Source: an uncultured Verrucomicrobiae bacterium (lineage in GTDB: Bacteria; Verrucomicrobiota; Verrucomicrobiia; Limisphaerales; Palsa-1400). From it: a DNA stretch of 64,000 bases. Of this stretch, positions 58,985 to 64,000 are shown in pieces. A program made the position numbers and the translations under genes. How positions within the stretch are numbered: position 1 is the stretch's first letter; each line of letters opens with the position of its first letter. The notes beneath the pieces are model-generated. The model saw only the letters and a list, made by a program, of their open reading frames with translations, made no database searches and had not been told where the DNA came from. The stretch is taken from positions 352,001-416,000 of the forward strand of contig CAVPOM010000018.1 of the NCBI GenBank assembly GCA_963707025.1, read 5' to 3'.

Positions 58985-59375
58985 TTACCCACTGAAAACG
59001 CCGGGGAACCTTTTTTTTGCGCCCGCCGCCCGTTCGGCGCGGGTTTTTTCCACCAGGAGTTGAAAGTACTGCGCCATCAGTGCTTGAACCCGATGGCCGC
59101 CGGCGATGGCGGCCTGGAGGCCGGGCACTTGATCGGCAGGCACGTAGCGGGAGACATTGCGGCCCTTTTCATAGCATTGGTGATTGTAGTAGGGGCCTTG
59201 CGGGCCTTGGCGCAGGACGCTGACGGTGCCGCGCTCCAGACGCTGAATTCGGGCGATGTCGCGCAGGAGCGATTGGGGAGTGGGTTTGGCATTCATGGAT
59301 GGAAGTATATGTGTATAACATATACACGGCCACAAAAAAAAGAAAAACTAAACTTGAAGAATTATCTCCTGCACC
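58985..59375 (-). mobile_element. Truncated IS remnant: accessory ORF (59296-58985) of the type preceding ISKra4-like transposases; transposase absent
   Basis: IARIQRLERGTVS...GPYYNHQ....GRNVSRYVP..Q resembles DUF6788-like IS accessory ORFs; ends at an A8 run; possible end GGTGCAGGAGATAA near 59375. Recognition from memory. Confidence 0.55.
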
Positions 59376-59589
59376 AAAAAGGGGACGGAGCCAGGCTTTT
59401 CCGCCTGTTGCGCCCGATGCTGTTGCAGGCCATCGGAAGAATGCCGAACCGAACTCGCTACCAACTTGCGGCCGGCCTGAGGGCGGGCGCTGGAATCAGC
59501 GTGCGCGACGCGATGTTGGCGCGATAACGAGCGAGCCCGCGAATGGCGCCGAGGCGATGAGCCACCGCGGCCCGTGCCGGCCGCCAGAC

Positions 59590-60242
59590 TCAACGCGCGT
59601 CCCCCAGGACCAGCTTCCGGCAGTGGAAGGCCTCGGCGTAGCGGGTGGGCGACGCCATTTCCATGCCCCGCAGGCGCATCAGGCCCTGAAACAAATCCGC
59701 CGAAAACCAATGCTTGTTCCGTTGCGTTCCAAAATAGCGCATCAGCCGCTGCGCCTTCTTGCGACGAATAGCGTCGGACAACGGGACAAAAAAGTTTGGC
59801 GCAGCCAAATCACCGTCGTATTTTGGGATCTCATATTCGAGGATCAGGTGGTGGCGAAAGGTGTTCCAGGTCAGCTCGCAAACCAGGCGATGGTCCTGAT
59901 GAAGGTCATGCCGGAAGTGGGTGAAAATCAGGTCCGGCGAAAACGATTTCTTCAGTTCCTCGAAACACTCCTTGACGGGCGGGCCGAGGTAGGGAAGGAA
60001 ACCGTCGCGGAAGGATTTCACCGCCACGGTCTTTTTGCGCGCGCGTTTTAAAAAAGAGTTGGCGCTGCGGCGCGCTTCGCCGGCCCGCTCCGGATCGGAA
60101 CACAACACCAGCCAGTAGAACTCGATCCGGTCTGAGCCGGCGATGAGGCGCAGGACGGTTCCGCCGCACCCGATTTCGATGTCGTCGCCGTGGGCCCCAG
60201 ACACAGGACCCGTCTGACGCTGTCGAGATGGCAAGTGATCAT
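59590..60242 (-). CDS. PIG-L/LmbE family deacetylase; -1 frameshift at G4 run 60195-60198
   Basis: MITCHLDSVRRVLCLG joins AHGDDIEIGCGGT if one G is added; R..E, HQDHR, YEIPKYDGDL. Confidence 0.85.
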
Positions 60243-60381
60243 GGCCGGCTATTCCGGAAGAGTTGGCTGGCACAGAGCCGGAGAATCCCGGCCCATGCCA
60301 GGAATTTCATCGGGTCGCAGCGCCGGTTTCCACGGGTCCCCGCACAGCCCCGGGTCCATCACGCGGCGCCAGAGGTTCATG

Positions 60382-61647
60382 CTAAAGGACGGTGGCTTCT
60401 GGGATGGGAACCACAAACTTCCCGCCCCATTGGCGAATGTAAGCGAGTTGCTTGACGATTTCATCTTTCAGGTTCCACGGCAGGATCAAGACGTAGTCGG
60501 GCCTGGTCCGGGCAATGTGCTCCGGAGCGTAAATGGGGATATGCGTTCCCGGCAAGAACTTCCCCTGCTTGTATGGATTCCGATCCACCGTGTAGTCGAG
60601 AAAGTCCGTCCTGATGCCGCAGTAATTCAACAAAGTGTTGCCCTTGCCGGGCGCGCCGTAACCGGCCACGGTCTTGCCGGCGCGCCGCGCCGCAATCAGG
60701 AACTCCAGGAGCTTTCGCTTGGTTTCCTTCACTTGTCCGTCGAAGGCGGTGTAGCTCTCCAAATGTGCAAAGCCCAGCTTCTGTTCCTGCTGGCGCAATG
60801 CCGCCACGCGCGGGGTCGCCGGTTTGCCTTCATCCTCGGAATGCCGGGCATAGATGCGGAGGGAGCCGCCATGCGTGGCCAATTCCTCGACGTCGAACAT
60901 CGTCAGTCCGTGACGGGCAAAGGTTTTCTCGGCGGTGAGAAACGAAAAATAGCTGAAATGCTCGTGATAAATCGTGTCGAACTGGTTGGCCTCCATCAGG
61001 CGCAACAGGTGGGGAAATTCCATCGTGATCACGCCGCCGGGCTTGAGCAGCAGCTTCATACCCGCGACAAAATCGTTCAAAGCGGGGACATGGGCCAGGA
61101 CGTTGTTGCCGAGCAGAAGATCGGCCTGCTTGCCTTGGGCCAGCACTTCCCGCGCCGTTTCGACTCCAAAAAACCGCACCAGGGTTGGCACGCCTTTCTT
61201 GATCGCGTGGGGCGCGATGTTGGCGGCCGGATCAATGCCCAGCACCGGGATGGATTTTTGCACGAAATACTGAAGCAGGTAGCCGTCATTGCTGGCCAGT
61301 TCGACCACCAGGCTTTGCGGCCCCAAGCCGAGGCGCCGGGTGATCATGTCCGCATACTCCCGCGCGTGCCGCAGCCACGAGTCGGAGTAGGAGGAAAAAT
61401 AGGCGTACTCGGAATAGATGTGGCTGGCGTTGACGTAATCGCCGAGTTGCACGAGAAAGCATTTTTCGCAGACGAGGGCGTGCAGCGGATAAAACGGCTC
61501 CATCTGGTTGAGTTGTTCCTGGGCGACATAGCTCTCGCACAGCGGTGACATCCCCAAATCTACAAAAGTTCGCCGCAAGGGCGCGCCGCAGAGCCGGCAT
61601 TTGCCCAGTTCAGGTTCGCTTTGGATGGTTGCATTGACCGCGGTCAT
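60382..61647 (-). CDS. NDP-hexose C-methyltransferase-like SAM-dependent methyltransferase
   Basis: CRLCG...C..CFLVQL zinc motif, ELASNDGYLL, NNVLAHV, FDTIYHEH, HGGSLR, GYGAPGKG. Confidence 0.9.
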   Translation of the reverse strand: MTAVNATIQSEPELGKCRLCGAPLRRTFVDLGMSPLCESYVAQEQLNQMEPFYPLHALVCEKCFLVQLGDYVNASHIYSEYAYFSSYSDSWLRHAREYADMITRRLGLGPQSLVVELASNDGYLLQYFVQKSIPVLGIDPAANIAPHAIKKGVPTLVRFFGVETAREVLAQGKQADLLLGNNVLAHVPALNDFVAGMKLLLKPGGVITMEFPHLLRLMEANQFDTIYHEHFSYFSFLTAEKTFARHGLTMFDVEELATHGGSLRIYARHSEDEGKPATPRVAALRQQEQKLGFAHLESYTAFDGQVKETKRKLLEFLIAARRAGKTVAGYGAPGKGNTLLNYCGIRTDFLDYTVDRNPYKQGKFLPGTHIPIYAPEHIARTRPDYVLILPWNLKDEIVKQLAYIRQWGGKFVVPIPEATVL

Positions 61648-61659
61648 GGGAGGCCGGCC

Positions 61660-62973
61660 TTAATTGAGCCGGCGGTAAACGGGCTTGACGGGCCGGCCGG
61701 CGAGAAATTTTCCGACGCCGTCCTCCAGCGCCTTGCGATAGACAACCAGCGCCGCCTGCACGGCCTCGACGGTGCGCTGAAGGTCGCGGTCGGAATGCGA
61801 ATAGCTGACGATGAAGGAAGGCGCCAGGATGCCGCGTTTGAGTATTTCCTGCAAAAACAACGTGCGGAATTCCTGGGACGGGCGCTGCTCCGCATCGCGG
61901 GTTCCATAGGTCAGGCAGCAGGGTTTGCCGGCGAGGGAGAAGAAGCCCTGCAGCTTGGCGTCGGCAATGGCCTGCGCGATTCCGGCGGCCAGTTTTCGGC
62001 CTTGCTCCCAGAGCGTCGGCACGACCGGTTCCCGCTGGTAGATGCGCATCACCTCCAGGGCGGCAGCCAGAGAATGGGTCTCGGCTCCATGCGTCGTGGA
62101 GAGAAGGAAAACGCGCGGCTGGTCGTGGTCCAGTCCCCCAAGCCGCATGATCTCCCGCAGGCCGGCCAGGGCCGAGATCGAAAAGCCGTTGCCCAGCGCC
62201 TTGCCGAAGGTGGAAAGATCGGGGACAACATTGTAATAAGCCTGCGCGCCCCCATTGTGCCAACGAAAGCCCGTGATCATTTCGTCCAGGATCAAAAGTG
62301 CGCCCTCCCGGAGGCAAAGGTCGCGCAGCCCAGTCAGGAAGCCCTCCGCCGGCGGCGTGTCCTTTTCCACCTCCAGCATGGCCGCGGCAATCCGCCCGGG
62401 ATGGCGGCGGAACAAGTCTTCGGCGCTGGCGAGATCGTTGTAACGAAATCCCACCGTGAGATCCTTCACCGCCTGCGGGATGCCGGCATTGATGGCCGTC
62501 GTGCCAATGAACCAGTCACCGACGGAAAAGAACGGTTGGTCCCGGCATATCGCAATCAGGTCGCGGCCGGTGTGGGCCCGCGCCAGCTTGACCGCCCCAT
62601 CGTTGGCGTCGGAGCCATTCTTGGCGAATTTGACCATGTCGGCGCCGGGCACCAGTTCCAGCAGTTTCTCGGCGCATTCCAGCTCGATGGGAGAGGGGCG
62701 GTTGAAGTTGCTGCCCTGGCTCAACTGGCGGGAGGCCGCCTCCACCACCGCTTGGTAAGCGTGTCCAAGAGTGACCGTCCGCAGCCCCATCGCGTACTCA
62801 ATGTATTCGTTCCCCTCAATGTCCCATACATGGCAGCCCTTGCCATGGGTGATGTAGATCGGCGGCGTTTCCGGATATTGGTCATCACCTTTTGCGTAGG
62901 TGTGGCCGCCCCCGGGGATGACCTGGTGGAACCGGCTTTGGAGCTGGCGCGATCTGTTGGCGTTGGCATCCAT
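61660..62973 (-). CDS. Class III aminotransferase, glutamate-1-semialdehyde aminomutase-like (polysaccharide-locus type)
   Basis: IPGGGHTYAKG, KFAKNGSDA, LDEMITGFR, TFGKALGNG, STTHG. Confidence 0.88.
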   Translation of the reverse strand: MDANANRSRQLQSRFHQVIPGGGHTYAKGDDQYPETPPIYITHGKGCHVWDIEGNEYIEYAMGLRTVTLGHAYQAVVEAASRQLSQGSNFNRPSPIELECAEKLLELVPGADMVKFAKNGSDANDGAVKLARAHTGRDLIAICRDQPFFSVGDWFIGTTAINAGIPQAVKDLTVGFRYNDLASAEDLFRRHPGRIAAAMLEVEKDTPPAEGFLTGLRDLCLREGALLILDEMITGFRWHNGGAQAYYNVVPDLSTFGKALGNGFSISALAGLREIMRLGGLDHDQPRVFLLSTTHGAETHSLAAALEVMRIYQREPVVPTLWEQGRKLAAGIAQAIADAKLQGFFSLAGKPCCLTYGTRDAEQRPSQEFRTLFLQEILKRGILAPSFIVSYSHSDRDLQRTVEAVQAALVVYRKALEDGVGKFLAGRPVKPVYRRLN

Positions 62974-62982
62974 CGCAGTGTG

Positions 62983-63768
62983 TCAGCGATTGGCCTTGCG
63001 CTTCCAGACTTCCCAGGGCGCATCGCCGGCCGCGCAAAGGTCGGACAATTCCTGCTGCTCCTTGAAGGTGTCCATTGACCAAAACCGGCCGTATTTGTAT
63101 CCCATGACCAGGTTTTTCTTGATCAACCGGTCGAAGGGCGGGCCGACCAGATCCTCCCCTTCCCGGATGTAATCAAAAATCTCCCGGCGGAAGGTGAAGA
63201 AGCCGGCGTTGACCAGCAGGCCCGCCGCGCTCACCGGCTCGATGCGGCTGACATGGCAGCCGCCCCGCAATCTGACGGTGTGGAAGGTCTGGGAGGGCGG
63301 GGCGCAGACAAACGCGGCCACCTTGCCGCTGCGTTTGAATTTTTGCAGCATCCTGGGCAGGGGCATATCGGTCAGGCCGTCGCTGTAATTGGCGAGGAAG
63401 TATTCGTCGTTCCCCAGGAGATGGCGCACTTTCATGAGGCGCTGGCCGATGCAGGTGCTCAGCCCCGTGTCCACAAAGGTGATGTTCCAATCCTGGGTGT
63501 CGCTCGTGATCAAAGACACGGCCTTGCCTCCGCCCGACAGCACGAAGTCGTTCGAGATGCACTCGTCGTAGTGCAGAAAGTAGTCCTTGATCTTGTCCGC
63601 CCTGTACCCGAGGCAGATGATGAAGTCCTTGTGCCCGAAGTGGGCGTAATATTTCATCACATGCCAGAGCACCGGACGATAACCGATGGGCACAAGGGGC
63701 TTGGGGATATTGTCGCCGTACTCGCGCAACCTTGTCCCCAGCCCTCCGCAAAACAGAACTACTTTCAT
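62983..63768 (-). CDS. rfbF: Glucose-1-phosphate cytidylyltransferase-like nucleotidyltransferase
   Basis: LFCGGLGTRL, PKPLVPIG, CLGY, VDTG, NYSDGL, VNAGFF, FWSMDT, APWEVW. Confidence 0.88.
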   Translation of the reverse strand: MKVVLFCGGLGTRLREYGDNIPKPLVPIGYRPVLWHVMKYYAHFGHKDFIICLGYRADKIKDYFLHYDECISNDFVLSGGGKAVSLITSDTQDWNITFVDTGLSTCIGQRLMKVRHLLGNDEYFLANYSDGLTDMPLPRMLQKFKRSGKVAAFVCAPPSQTFHTVRLRGGCHVSRIEPVSAAGLLVNAGFFTFRREIFDYIREGEDLVGPPFDRLIKKNLVMGYKYGRFWSMDTFKEQQELSDLCAAGDAPWEVWKRKANR

Positions 63769-64000
63769 GTTGGTTTGATCTCCTCTCTGCTTTCACCGCC
63801 GCCCCGCCATCGCGCCTAAGAGAACCTGCAACGCAATCACTATTGCGAGGAGCGATAGAACCTGGCCGATGACGTTGCGGTGACATCAAGCAAAAATGTT
63901 CCCGAACTATCCGGCGTGCCGGTCTGCAATGTGTGCCATGGAGCGCTCAGGTTTGTTGTGAATTGGATGGTGTACGTCTGGCCGGGGACGCCTAAAACAC

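Noticed and set aside
61660..62973. hemL (tetrapyrrole synthesis)
   Set aside because: Context is a nucleotide-sugar locus; treated as a paralogue.

Overview
GC-rich bacterial chromosomal window, most consistent with a Verrucomicrobiota (Pedosphaera/Limisphaerales-like) genome: VPDGG-type PEP-CTERM protein, GloVer-type tandem-repeat protein, Thr/Asn-rich exported proteins. Housekeeping genes (plsY-like, ggt, tsaB/tsaE/thiL, prmA, pyruvate dehydrogenase aceE/aceF/lpdA, lipoate ligase, mqnD, pgsA-like, HisJ-type phosphatase) alternate with a periplasmic molybdo-hydroxylase cluster (2Fe-2S subunit, Tat-exported large subunit, XdhC, MocA), many exported proteins, two near-identical IS4-family elements with 9-bp target duplications, several gene remnants, and the distal end of a polysaccharide locus. 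The most unusual signals are: (i) an intact-looking, promoter-bearing tRNA gene with a Gly (CCC) anticodon on an Arg-like body with C8/G21; (ii) a three-copy intergenic element with a conserved sigma70 promoter, conserved downstream motifs and variable tandem repeats (candidate ncRNA or degenerate mobile unit); (iii) a GNAT/PLP-aminotransferase fusion coupled to a PlsY homologue; (iv) a shared ~60-aa 'STNL..W..FY' module in six exported proteins. Four single-base indels at short G/C runs may be assembly errors. All family assignments are from motif recognition, not database searches.
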